Source: Isurus oxyrinchus (Eukaryota). From it: a stretch of 64,000 bases of DNA. The notes beneath the pieces are model-generated. The model did no database searches. It saw only the letters and a list, made by a program, of their open reading frames with translations, and was not told the DNA's origin. The translations under genes were made by a program, and so were the position numbers. Shown here piece by piece: positions 48,901 to 61,960 of the stretch; position 1 is the stretch's first letter, and every line of letters starts with the position of its first letter. Location of the stretch: assembly GCA_026770705.1 (NCBI GenBank), contig JANJGN010000036.1:2542001-2606000 (forward strand), read 5' to 3'.

Positions 48901-51900
48901 CTGACAATCACGTTGTGCATGAACCACTGACTATCACAGCGGCCTCCCACACATACCAAACCATTAGTGTGCATTCTCTACACCTCTCTCAGGCAATGTG
49001 GTGCAACATGCTCCCGCCACATTCCACGCTCCATCCACTGCACCAGAGCCCCAAACGATGCAAGGAGCCACACCCAAACCGTCTGGGGAATTTCTGGACC
49101 TCCATCAGCTCCCAACTCAAAATGCCCGCATGTCCCGAGTCAATGTCTTTGCCTCTCTTCAGGAGCGCACCGTGCTAGTATTCTTCATTATTTCCCTTCC
49201 CAGGGTCAGGCCTGAAGAATGGGATGTCTCACGGTCATTCTCCGAGAGTGTGCATAAGGCGTCCTGTTCACTGGGCGTTGTAGGGTAGGTGGATTAAATG
49301 ATCAATTAAGGCTACAGCAAACTAATCAGCGTAACTTGAACGAAGAAGGATCTCGCCCAAATAAATAAAGATCTCCCGTTGTTCAAAGTGGGATTATATT
49401 TTCAGCTGGTGTAGTAGATTGAAGGACTGCATCAGTTCCAGTAGCTATTTGAGTATGAAGAAGAGTATAATTTTGTGGGATTTCATTATCTTGAGGAGTT
49501 GTATCAGTTTGACAGCTAATTCAGATTAACCCTGTGGTTCAAAAACACGAATTCCACAATCCAACATTTGGAATTGACTTACTGAGTGGCTGCAGTGAAA
49601 TAGGGCAGCCACTTCCCAGAGTACTTGACAATCAGGCTTGACAGGGCAAACGTATGTTAGAAATTAAATTGTTGAATAACGACACAGAGTGAAGGGCATC
49701 ACTGAGACAGTATGAAATGTATCGTTTGGTCTGATGCTGTTGGACTGAATGCACCATGTCCTTGTGTCCATGGTATCTATTTTCTTTAGTTATTTAGTGA
49801 TATCGGAATTGACAAGTTTTGGATTTTTTCCAAAGCAGACACTGTACAAAATATATTCTGTCAAAACAAGGACATGATTTGATGACGTATTAAGTTAGTA
49901 GAAATACAAAAAATACACAAACTATTTGAACAATGATGGTAATTGAGTGTCCCAGTGGAGATACCGAAGGATCTAAAGTAAAGACTTTGGGAATGTGTTG
50001 CTCTCGTGGTTAATTCAGAGACATTGCCGGCAGCGCTAAGGGACAGATCACTTCACACAACAGCACATGAACATATTTTACAATTTCAGGAAAACATATA
50101 ACATGATTCTCACCGTCACTGGTGTTTCTGGTAAGTTACTGCAACCATTGCCGTTGTATGGTGTTTATGGATTTACTCTGTGACTGAAAAAGTTCCACTC
50201 TCTTTTAGATTTGATGGTTATCCACACATGAGTCCACCGATATAATTTCAATTATTCAAAACTCCTTAATTATCCCCATGGCTTGATTCCATTGCCTCGC
50301 TTGAAAATGAACCTTTGTTTGTAGCTCCCAGGATCTCTGAGTAGTCCAGTTACCTGCTTCTTTTGAGAATTGTATCATGTTGTATCAACTCTCAGTGCAG
50401 ACATGGCCCTGAGGGAAACTCGGCGTGGGAGTCTCAGTCAGTGTGTTTTCACACTGCGTGAGGCCCACTAAATAGAGTGAAGCAAACGACACCAGTGACC
50501 AAGGGTAAACGGGAGTGTCTGTTACTGTAGAGCTGCACGAAGAAACATGAAATCATTGAAAGTCTACAGCACAGAAAGAGGCCACTCGGCCTATCTTGCC
50601 TGCGTAGGCCTCAAAACCTGGCTCTCTGGGAGCCACCTTAGCCTGGGAATTAACTGGATGGTTAGACCTGAATGCGGCACGTGTCACTGGAGTTATCTGT
50701 CAGTGTGGAGTTATGCAGAACAACCTGCGTGGACTGCGTACACTGGTCCCAGTGTATCATGTCTCATTGGAAGTCTTTATCTGTGAAGAACTTTTTGGAA
50801 TGCTGGTCTCTAACTGAAGTGGGATGCCTGATGCTGATGCCTGTCCATTATTGAGAGTAGAAATTCAGAATGTGCTGGAAATTCTCAACAGGTCGGGAAG
50901 CATTTGTAGAGAGAGAAACAATTTTAATGATTAGAGTCAAATATTTGATTCAAAAACTCAAATCCGCTTCGCTCTCTGCAATTGCTTCCTGACCTGTTGA
51001 GTATTCTTTGCACTGTATATTTTGTTTCAGATTTCCAGAATCCATAGTGATTTGTTTCCATTGTTGGGAGCATGCTTCCTTGTAGAGCTTAGCTCAGTTC
51101 CGTTCCCTAACGGGAGCCAAACCCCTGACTCTAGTGACCATTTATTACCGGGCGTGTTTGTGACTGTAGATTGAGAGGTAGGGCGTGTCAGGAAACTGAG
51201 CAGAAATCCTGATCCGAATGAGCATGTATTAGTGGGAGTACTGATCATTGTGAAATTGTACTGAGGTAGGGTTGCTAACAGCACTGGAGGAAACTGACCC
51301 CTGTGATGATTTCGCACTGGGAATAATTGTCATTCTAGCATTGAACTAAGTGTGGGTCTCAACGGACGTGAAGCAAGTTAGTTACATGTTAAATCATTGT
51401 TTCAGGAAACTGAATGCCCTGAGTATACTTTTGTATTTTGTTATTGATTAGAAAGGGGAAGGTTTTCACTGTTGGTTGATATTTGGTAATAAGTTCATCA
51501 ATTGTAATTTTGCTGCTGTTCTATCCCCTAATCAAATGTGCTTTTAACTTTTAACTAACGTGTAAGCAGAAGAAGAACAATGCTACTTTATTTAGTCCCT
51601 CTTTAAAATAATGTATAAGCAAAGTAATTCTAAAGACTGTTGTTACTTTGGTGCTTATACATCAGGCCACTAGCCCTGGCCCAGTGCAGAAAAGTGAGAT
51701 AATTTAGGGTCAAGGATGCTTAAGTATATTTTCTTTCTACCACAGGGTTTAAACTGGGAACTGGTTCTTAATTATTTTAGGTTTGTGACTGATTAGGTTG
51801 TTCAAAACCAATTTGTGTATCTGTTTAAGAGTGTCCACACATGTAACCTGCTCATCATCCGCTTGTAGCTCAGTGAGGTGTGTCCCTCGGAGGAGACACT

Positions 51901-54399
51901 CCTAGAATGGAGGAACATAGGTTTCATGCTTTCCCAAGACAGGAAATAGCGAGAGAACAGTAAAAGTAACATTGTTAAGCCAATAATAATGCAATAAATA
52001 GCACACTACGGCAATAAATATTATGTTCAAATATTAGGAAATAACTGATATGTGTTAGAAAGATCCAGTCTCCCGACATTCTAGGTAAAGACGTTTCTCT
52101 GGAGTTCACTCTTGTATTCAATAGAGGCTCTCCTACATTAATTAACTGCACATTCCATCTTTCTACCAAAGGGTAGTATTGTCCTCATATTTTCCCTCTC
52201 AATCCCCTTGACATTTTAAAGTTCTCCATTTGATTATTCCTCAGTTTTCTGTTTTCTAGAGATTAGAGTCACAGCCAGTTACTCGTCCTAACAGTTATCA
52301 TCTCTCGGATATGATATTCTTCTTGAGAATAATATTTGCACGTCTGTAAAGTTTTGGTCTCGATTTCTAAATGTGAAGGCCAAAAATGTAGACAGGACCA
52401 TTTACATAGTGTTGTTCAGGTTCCATAAATGATTAAATATAATCTTTCCGATTTTATTCTTCTTTGCCTATTAATGAACCCCAGTTCTTTGATCGCATCT
52501 TCACTGTTTAGTTAGACCTCATTTGTGACTTGAATCACTTGTGACTCTCTTCCCCTCAAAACCTGTTCCCCGTTGTTTAGTTTATGATTTGTTTGCCTCG
52601 TTTTACCTTAAATATCTTCAAATTCGTATTATTCATTCTTTCAACTCTTATTTGAGATCAATTGCTCCCTTTCAGGTTTCCCTTCGTTTTCTGCATCTGA
52701 ATCCTCAGCAACTGTTCATTATTCTTCAATTGGCCAAAGAGGGTTCTTGCCTTAGAATTTGAAGTTGCTCTCTGGATGCCCATTGATATTTCGACTCATG
52801 CCAGTCCGCCCTCTCTGCACCCAAGGCAACAAGCTGCCCTTAAACTGCTATATGGCTGCATCTTTCCTGACCTACAACATTTGTCCTTTACCACAACCAA
52901 TTTCCCTCGACCATCTCTCATGCTTCCCTTTTGAGAGTCCCATTTGAAATGTATTATTTTATTTTGGTTCATCTACAACCCACTTTGGAAACCCTTTCCT
53001 TATTACTGGCTATGCATTGCTGATGTTTCCTGCTTCAACCTTTGTTTTTCCAGCATTTTCATGACCTTATCACTCCCACTTCCTTCTTAACCAGACCCAA
53101 CCGTGTCCATTCTATTTCCAACATTGTTGCCCTCGCAGTCAAAACCTGCAGAGGGAGCTCTTGTCCAGAGAGATTTCTTTTCCACTCTGTCTTGTGTTCA
53201 CATCTTCTCTCACTGTCAATAGAAGTTCTTGCAGATCTTTCCACACAATCAAATGATTCATTCCACAGAAAGAGGGAGAGAGAGAGAGAAAATAAATTGA
53301 TTACAAAATATCAAAAGATTCAGCTGAAATATGAATCAGCAAGATTCAGCAATCTGCAAAACAAGAGCCAAAGCTCCATTTGTAATTTTCATACACCATC
53401 TCCCTGTACCTGTCAATTATCATCTCCCAATCTACATGTGTGTTCATCTAAACCTAATATTCCCTCAAGTAAATTCTGTTCAATCACGATATATTGTTGT
53501 CCATCTCTCAACTAGCATTCATTTCAAAGGCTTCCAGCATCAGTCAAAATCCTTTGAATCCCTAAATATTTCTTGTCCTTCTCTCAAAGTATGTTAATCG
53601 AAAACTCTTCTGTTAGCATGTAAACGCATGCAAATCCCTAAATATCTTGCTGCTTCCTCTTCACTCTACCTGCACCGGCTATTAAAGACTCTGAGATATT
53701 TGCGTTATTCTAATTCTCTGCTCTTGCGCAGCCCTTATCTTAACTGTTCAAGGTTACTCCTGTGCCTTTAGCTGCTTTGACACGAAGCTCTAGAATTAGT
53801 TTCCCAAACATCTCCGCATCCCTAAATCTCTTTCCTGTTCTAAGCTGTCCCTTTAATTCTGGCTTTTATCAAGTTTCCAGTCATCTGACCTAATATCAAC
53901 TTGTGTAGTTCAAGGTTAAGCGTTCAATAAAATTCTGTGAGAAATAATGTTTTTGCAAAGCGCCTAGGAACATTTGAACAGGGGGAAGGCCTTTCAGCCC
54001 GTCGAGCATGCACCACCAATCAATGCGATCACAGCTGATCGAACACTTCAACGCCGTTTACCCACACTATCCCCATAGCGCTTTACATTATGGTTAATGA
54101 TAAATCTATCAATCTGAGGGTGTTTTGCTGCTTTAAACACATTTTACAAATGTAAACTATTGTTACCCTGACCGAAGAAATTCTCAAAGTACCGGCACAA
54201 TATGGAATGCATACAGATTGAACTCAATCTATGTTGTACCATCATTTCTCCTCATGGCAGGAACGGAATTATGTACATCAAGATTAAAGCTCCCTTTGCA
54301 CCTCCCAGTCAAATGGGCCGGGGAAGGAGTGCGGCGTTAATGCAGAGATGTGCACCCTCAATCATAACCAATGAAAGACTTCTATGAAATGTAAAAGTG

Positions 54400-56000
54400 C
54401 ATGTGTTAACTGCAGAGTTTAGTTCCTTGTACACGGTCACCTCAAAGCTTTCCAGTTAGATACAGCACTGTTAAAACACAGAGAACCCGCTCCACGCTCT
54501 CCTATTTAACACTAAATCTCAAAATGTACAGTGCAGGTTAGATGCATATTAATCATTCTTCTAAACTCTAAGATCGTAAAGCATAACATAAATACAGAAT
54601 AATCTTCCCCAGAAATGTCACATCAGCCATGGTCTGAGCAAGGGTTCAATTCTGATTTAAACTCCATTTGCATCATCCCATCAAATTATGCAAGAACAGG
54701 TGAAACACAGGTTAGATACAGAGTAAAACTGCCTCTATACACTGCTTCACTAAACACTCCTGTGGAAGGTACAACAGGGGTTGGTTACAGAGTAAATTCC
54801 CTCTTTACACTGTTCAGACCAGCACCCCATTGACATTTAGCAGGCGTTAGACATAGCTTAGGTACAGAGGCACGTCTGTCCCTTCAAATGCTGCCAGGAA
54901 TGGTGCGGAACTGGATAGGTGCAGTGTCATGCTCCCTCTACACTGGATGACAATTACAAGGGCAAGTAAAGCATGGCTTTGATGCAGTGTATAGTTCACA
55001 TTTAAATGTCACAACATCAAATCATGGAAGGTATAGCTTGATGATAAATTGCTTACAAGAGCTTCAGCACTTCCCCATTACATTTTTGGCATGTACAGCT
55101 GGGTACACATAGAAGTATAATGCTTTACACTATCTCTGAAACATCTCAGGGCAGGCGCAGCACCCCGTAGGCACACAGTAACGTTGTCTCTATTTTGTCC
55201 CATCAAACACCCAATTCAGTTACAGAACAGGTTAGATGCAGAGTAAATTTCATTGGATGCTCTGAGATCAGCTTCGTGAAAAATCAAGCAGCTCTTGGAC
55301 AGAGAATAAATCTCCTGCTGTACAGTCCCAACAAACTAAACCAAGGCGTGCATATCTAACACAGATGGATAAAGAATAAAACTCACTCAACAATGTCACA
55401 TAAAACACTCTCAGGACAGGCACAGCAAGAGGTTAGATACTGACTAAATCTCCCTCAACACTGCCCCCATCACTTCCCCCAGGACAGCTGCAGCACAGGG
55501 TTAGATACAGAGTAAAACTCCCCTTGCACTGTCCTCATCAAACACTCCCAGGGCAGGTATAGGACGGTGTTAGAAACAGAGCAAATCTCCCTCTACACTG
55601 TCCACATCAAACTCTCCCAGGGCATGTAAAGCAGAGGGTTAGATACAGAGTAATGCTTCCTCTACACTGCCCCCTTCAAACACTTGCAGGGTAGATACAG
55701 CACGAGGTTAGATACAGAGCAAAGATCCCTCTACATTGCTCCATCAAATACTCCTGAGCGGGTACAGTAGCGGTTAGATACAGATTACATCCTCGTCGAC
55801 AATGCCCCATCGAATATCAATAAGCTCGGGACCGAACGGTTCGGATAGAGAGACAAGGTCCCTGTGCTCTGTCCCATGAAAAACCTCAGGACAATTAGAG
55901 CATGCTTGAGACACAGAATAAAGCAACCTCCATATTGTCCCACCAACATTCACATGAATGGTCAAGAAGAGCTTCAAGTAGCTTAAGACTCACTCTATAA
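54400..56000 (+). repeat. ~69-bp tandem satellite, degenerate at the edges
   Basis: Unit ggttagatacagagtaaa..ctccctctacactgtccccatcaaacactcccagggcaggtacagcac recurs at ~55431, 55499, 55568, 55637, 55706 and 55772. Confidence 0.85.
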
Positions 56001-57733
56001 TGCCACATCAAATGATCCTCAATGAAGTACCACTCCACAGTCAGCACTGCCTGGTTCTGCGCTCCAGTGCGGTGAGGAGAACTTTGTAACAAACTTTCAC
56101 CAAATAGGTCCAATCCTAGACCCAGGGGATGTGTCCAGTCCCTGGTTTTCAAAACAAGTGCTCATGACAGAGTCTTATAGCCCAAAGTGAGATCTTTGCC
56201 TGAGATAATTCCAATGTGGTTGGATGACTGTGTTTAGTGGATTCGAGTGGGTCTGGAAGCACTTCTGCTTCTGGTTTTTCATAAGAAGTGATGCAAAGAC
56301 ACTTGCTATCTCTCCCAAACTGTCCTCAGCTCTTTTCAACTCCTGCAATTCTGAGGTGTGGAAATCACAACTGTCCAATGAAAAACCATAAACTGTGTTA
56401 GAATAGAATTTGTCAGCCTTATTAATATATCTGTTCTGCCATATTGCCTCCGGCATGCGGTCCCCTACTTGTCCACTCTCCCTACCGTGTAAAACATTGA
56501 AGTGAGGCAGCTGGAGGCAGTTTGAAGATGCTTTTGAGATTCCTACTGGGCATTGCACAGAGGGACAATGGCTTGAGTGGGGGTGGAGATCTGGGAATAT
56601 TATTATGCAGCGCTCTCAGTCTGGTCTCTGCAACACATCGCATCAGAGAATGCTTGACATGGAATGAGAATTGTAAATCTAGCCAATATATAAATGTATT
56701 GAAGTCCCTCAGAGTGCCACACACTAAATTGAAAGAGAGTGAACTGTATTGCACTTTATGTCAATGTGGGAGCCATGTAATGCACCCTCACAGATTGCTT
56801 AAATAAAGCGTATTCTTTGGAAAGCTAGTTGCAGTTCCCAGCCTTGTNNNNNNNNNNNNNNNNNNNNNNNNNNNNNNNNNNNNNNNNNNNNNNNNNNNNN
56901 NNNNNNNNNNNNNNNNNNNNNNNNNNNNNNNNNNNNNNNNNNNNNNNNNNNNNNNNNNNNNNNNNNNNNNNNNNNNNNNNNNNNNNNNNNNNNNNNNNNN
57001 NGCAGGGTCCTCGGGGATGAGCTTGGGCAGAAACCAATGCAGCTCAATCCAGGGCAGCTTGGTGAATGTACATCACAACATTTCTCAGCTGTTCTGTTCC
57101 TCCATCTGATCACAGGGCATCTGCACATTAATTCTTCACCCCTCCCCCGTCTCCAGCTCCTTGTGTCCAATGTTTTCAGTGTCTAAACTCCTGCCAGCCC
57201 TGATCTCAGATCCCTGTCTTGAAACATGAAGCCTGTTGCAATCTCATTGGCACCGATACGGTTTGAACTAGAAAAAGCTGCATCACTCAGGGTGTCCAAT
57301 GGACACAAGAGGCTGTCTGGTCATTAGAAATGTAGTCAGTAACAAACACTATTGGAAGAAAGTGATGAAGTTTGAACCTTATGGAATGTAATATAATCTT
57401 TACCTGGTTTAATCCAGTGGGAACAAGTATTGGAAGGAATGTTCCTGAGCTGCTCTCTGCTAAATTTAAATTTGCATCTCTCTCAGCTCCATTGTTCGTG
57501 AGGTGTGAGGCTGGTGTGGAGGGTGGACTGGGGGAAGGGAAAGACAGACAGAGAGATTGCCCTGGGCTAAACCATTTGCCTGGTGTGTTTCACCCCTCCC
57601 CGTCAGATTCCTGTTGGGCTGTTCCCCACCGGGGGTAGGTATGTCTCAGGTGTAGAGAGCTGTAAGCCGGTTGGATGGGAGAGATTTGGGCAGTGTGGTG
57701 AGTGTTTGAGAGACAGATATGGGGATATAAAAT

Positions 57734-57975
57734 AAAAACAAAGAAAACTGCGGATGCTGGAAATCCAAAACAAAAACAGAATTACCTGGAAAAACTCAGC
57801 AGGTCTGGCAGCATCGGCGGAGAAGAAAAGAGTTGACGTTTCGAGTCCTCATGACCCTTCGACAGAACTCGAAGGTTCTGTCGAAGGGTCATGAGGACTC
57901 GAAACGTCAACTCTTTTCTTCTCCGCCGATGCTGCCAGACCTGCTGAGTTTTTCCAGGTAATTCTGTTTTTGTGT
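57734..57975. mobile_element. Young Penelope-derived palindromic insertion
   Basis: 99-bp inverted arms 57770-57868 / 57875-57973 with a 6-nt spacer. TSD tggggatataaaat at 57720-57733 and 57976-57989. Confidence 0.85.
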
Positions 57976-58249
57976 TGGGGATATAAAATGCCTGGAGCAT
58001 CCATTGTTTGTTCTCTCGACCCTGCAGCATTGGGTAAGTAACATTGTCTGAGGTGAGGTTTGTATATCTGTCTGTCTGTCTGTTGTCTGAACCATGAACC
58101 AAGTCCCTGCTCTGGTCTTTTAAAATCCCCAACCAGCCCAAACCCCCAGGCCCACTGTCTCTTCCACACCATGGGAGGAGATGGAAGGTGTGTGAGTCAT
58201 TCAAAAGAAATCAGAACCTGTATATTGGTGAGTATGAAACTCTTTAATT

Positions 58250-61085
58250 TCTCTGCTTCTCACTCTCTCTGTCTTTCTGCCACACTCTCTCTACCTCTAC
58301 CTCTTTCCCCTCACTCTCTCTCTGCCTCTGCCTCTCTCTCTCTCTGCCTCTATGTTTCTGTCTCTCTGTCTCACTCTCTCTGTCTTTCTCTGCCACACTC
58401 TCTCTGCCTCCCTCTGCCACACTCTCTCTCTCTCTGCCTCACTCTGTCTTTTTCCATCTGTCTTTACCCCTCTGTCTTTTCCCCAGTCTTTTTCCTCTGT
58501 CATTTCTCTTTTTCCCTGACTTTTTCCTTCTGAAATTTTCCCTATGTCTTTTACCCTTTTTCCCTCTCGTACTCTATTCCCTCTCTCACTCTATTCCCTC
58601 TCTGTCTGCTCTCCATCCTCTCTCTCTGTCTAACTCCCCTCCTCTTTAATCTCTCTGCTGAATTCTCCTCCCCTTCTCTAATTCCCTCTGACTAACTCCT
58701 CTCAAACTCCACCAACCCCTAATTTACTCATTTTCCTTCTGTCTTTTCCCCTCTCTTTTCTCCTTCCCCCTCTCTCACTCTATTCCCTCTCTCACTGTAC
58801 TCCCTCTCTCACTCTATTCCCTCTCTGTCTCCCCTCCCTCCTCTCTGTCTAACTCCCCTCATCTCTAACCTCTCTGCTGAATTCTCCTCCCCTTCTCTAA
58901 TTCCCTCTGACTAACTCCTCTCAAACTCCACCAACCCCTAATTTACTCATTTTCCTTCTGTCTTTTCCCCTCTCTTTTCTCCTTCCCCCTCTCTCACTCT
59001 ATTCCCTCTCTCACTGTACTCCCTCTCTCACTCTATTCCCTCTCTGTCTCCCCTCCCTCCTCTCTGTCTAACTCCCCTCATCTCTAACCTCTCTGCTTAA
59101 CTCCCCTCCCCCATTCTCTAATTCCCTCGTGTCTAACTCCTCTCAAACTCCACCCCTTCCCTGTCCAACTCCACCCCCTTCCCTGTCCAACTCCACCCCC
59201 TTCCCTGTCCAACTCCACCCCCTTCCCTGTCCAACTCCACCCCCTTCCCTGTCCAATTCCACCCCCTTTCCTGTCAAGCTCTCACATCCCTCTCCTGTGT
59301 CTAATTCCCTGTCCTGTGTCTAATTCCCTCTCCTTTTATTCCCTTTCCTATGTCTAATTCCCTCTCCTATATCTAATTCCCTCTCCCGTGTTTAATTTCC
59401 CCCTCCTGTGTCTAACATCCTCTCCTGTGTCTAACATCCTCTCCTCCGTCTAACATCATCTCCTGTGTCTAATTCCCTTTCCTGTGTCTAATTCCCTCTC
59501 CTGTGTCTCATTCCCTCTCTCAAATTCGCTCTCTCTCTGTCTAATTCTCCCTCTCTAATTATTCTCTGTCTCTGGCTAATTTCCCTTTTTCTGTCTGTCT
59601 TTTCTCTTTTTCCGTGTCTTTTTCCCTCTGAAATTTTCCCTCTGACTTTTCCTTTTTCCCTCTGTCGTCTTTTTCCTCTCTCTATTCCCTCTCGCTCCCT
59701 CTCTATTCTTTCTCTCTTTTCCCCTGCCACACATTCCTCACACCCGCACTTTCTCTATTCAGGGTCTCCCCTCGTCTCCCTGTCTAACTCAGTCTCTCGG
59801 TCTAACTCCCCCTCCCCCTCTGTCTAACTCCCCCCGACTCTCCCTAACTCCCCTCCTCTCTAACTACCCTCCCCCTTGTCTTCCCCCCCGTCTAACTCCT
59901 CTCCAACTCTCTAAGTCCACACCCCCTCCCTGTCTAACAACCCCCTGTTTTTTTCATCCCCATCCTCTTTCTAATTCCCTTGTCTAATTCTCCCCTCCTG
60001 TCTAATTCTCCTGTACTGTGTCTAATTCCCTCTCCTGTGTCTAATTCCCTCTCCTGTGTCTAATTCCCTCTCCTGTGTCTAATTCCACTCTCTCCTGTGT
60101 CTAATTCCCTCTCCTGTGTCTAATTCCCTCTCCTGTGTCTAATTCCCTCTCCTGTGTCTAATTCCCTCTCCTGTGTCTAATTCCACTCTCTCCTGTGTCT
60201 AATTCCACTCTCTCCTGTGTCTAATTCCACCCTGTCCTGTGTCTAATTCCACCCTGTCCTGTGTCTAATTCCACCCTGTCCTGTGTCTAATTCCACCATG
60301 TCCTGTGTCTAATTCCACCCTGTCCTGTGTCTAATTCCACCCTGTCCTGTGTCTAATTCCACCCTGTCCTGTGTCTAATTCCATTCTCTCCTGTGTCTAA
60401 TTCCATTCTCTCCTGTGTCTAATTCCATTCTCTCCTGTGTCTAATCCCACTGTCTCCTGTGTCGAATTACTCTCTTTGTCTAATTTCTCTTTTTCCCTCT
60501 GACTTTTCGTTTTTCCCGTCTTTTTCCCTCTGACCTTTTCCCTCTGACTTTTCCCTTTTCCCCCTGACTTTTCCCTCTGAAGTCTTTGCCCTCCCCCTAT
60601 TCCGTCTCTCTCTATTCCTTCTCTCCCTCACTCTATTCCCTCTCTCTAACTCCCTTCCTCTTTCTGTCTAACTCCCCTCCCCTCCTCTGTCTAATTCCCC
60701 TCCCCTCCTCTGTCTAACTCCCTCCCCCTATTCTCCCTAAATCCCCTCCTCCACTTCTCTAATTCCCCCCACCCCCCCGTCTAACTCCACTGCAACTCCC
60801 TGTCCACCACCCTTTCCCTGTCTAACAACCCCTTCTTTTTCTCATCACCATCCTCTGTCTAATCTCCATGTCTGATTCTCCCTCCTGTCTAATTCCCACT
60901 CCTTTCTAATTCCCCTTTCTGTCTAAATTCCCACCCCCCCATCTAATTCCCCCTCTCTAATTACTCTCTCTCTCTCTCTAATTCCCTCCCTCTCTGTGTC
61001 TAAATCCCCATCCTATCTGTCTAATAACCACCCCCCCCCCCCCACAATGTGTCTAATTCTGCCCACCATCTGTCTAATTCCCCCT
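58250..61085. repeat. Pyrimidine-rich compound minisatellite block
   Basis: 219-bp tandem unit (58651, 58870, 59089), ~22-bp aactccacccccttccctgtcc array (59147-59270), and 19-21-bp cctgtgtctaattcc(...) arrays (59280-59510, 60015-60465). Confidence 0.9.
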
Positions 61086-61379
61086 GCCCCAAGCCCTCAC
61101 CCTGGATTTTAATGGCCCCTCTAACCCAACCCCAGCCCCCAGTGAGGGAGCAGAGACACTGAGAGGGAAAGATGGCACAGGGCTGGAATTAGGCTCGGTG
61201 TCATGGTGCAAACTGGGTGCTTGGCAATGGCTGCTCCCTTTACACATCCACCCCCCCTTTTCCACAAATCAATGGGAATAAAACTCGGGAGAGATGGAAA
61301 ACAGGATGATCCGGATCATTCTCGCCCCGACAACATCATGGCAATGAATCCAACTCTCCTCCTGAGAGCAGAGAAAGTC

Positions 61380-61960
61380 AGAGATGGGCAGACAGAGAGA
61401 GCAAGGGATAGGCGAACAGAGAGAGCGAGAGATGGGCAGAGAGGGAGCGAGAGATGGGCAGACAGAGAGAGAGCGAGAGATGGGCAGACAGAGAGAGAGC
61501 GAGAGATGGGCAGACACAGAGAGCGAGAGATGGGCAGACAGAGAGGGAGCGAGAGATGGGCAGACAGAGAGGAGCGAAATGGGCAGACAGAGAGAGTGTG
61601 AGATGGGCAGACAGAGCACAAGATGGGCAGACAGAGAGAGCAAGGGATGGACGAACAGAGAGAGCGAGAGATGGGCAGAGAGGGAGTGAGAGATTGGCAG
61701 AGAAGGAGTGAGAGATGGGCAGAAAGAGAGAGAGTGAGAGATGGGCAGACGGAGAGAGCGAGAGATGGGCAGACAGAGAGCGAGAGATGGGCAGACAGAG
61801 AGCGAGAGATGGGCAGACAGAGAGAGCATGAGATGTAGAGAGTGAGAGCGAGAGATGGGCAGACAGAGAGAGCGAGAGATGCACAGAGTGAGAGCGAGAG
61901 TGTAAAGAGAGAGACTGAGAGATGGGCAGGCAGAGAGAGCGAGAGATGTAGAGAGAGAGA
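61380..61960 (+). repeat. 22-26-bp purine-rich minisatellite (gagagcgagagatgggcagacaga)n
   Basis: Directly visible tandem array; accounts for the overlapping repetitive ORFs. Confidence 0.92.

Noticed and set aside
54400-56000. CRISPR-like or functional RNA array
   Set aside because: Head-to-tail degenerate units with no unique spacers in a vertebrate genome; an ordinary tandem satellite.
58025-58066. ITAM-like YTNL-x6-YPML on the minus strand
   Set aside because: No convincing splice sites, TM or upstream exons. The ORF runs into a Penelope palindrome, and such a pattern is expected by chance in a six-frame translation of this size.
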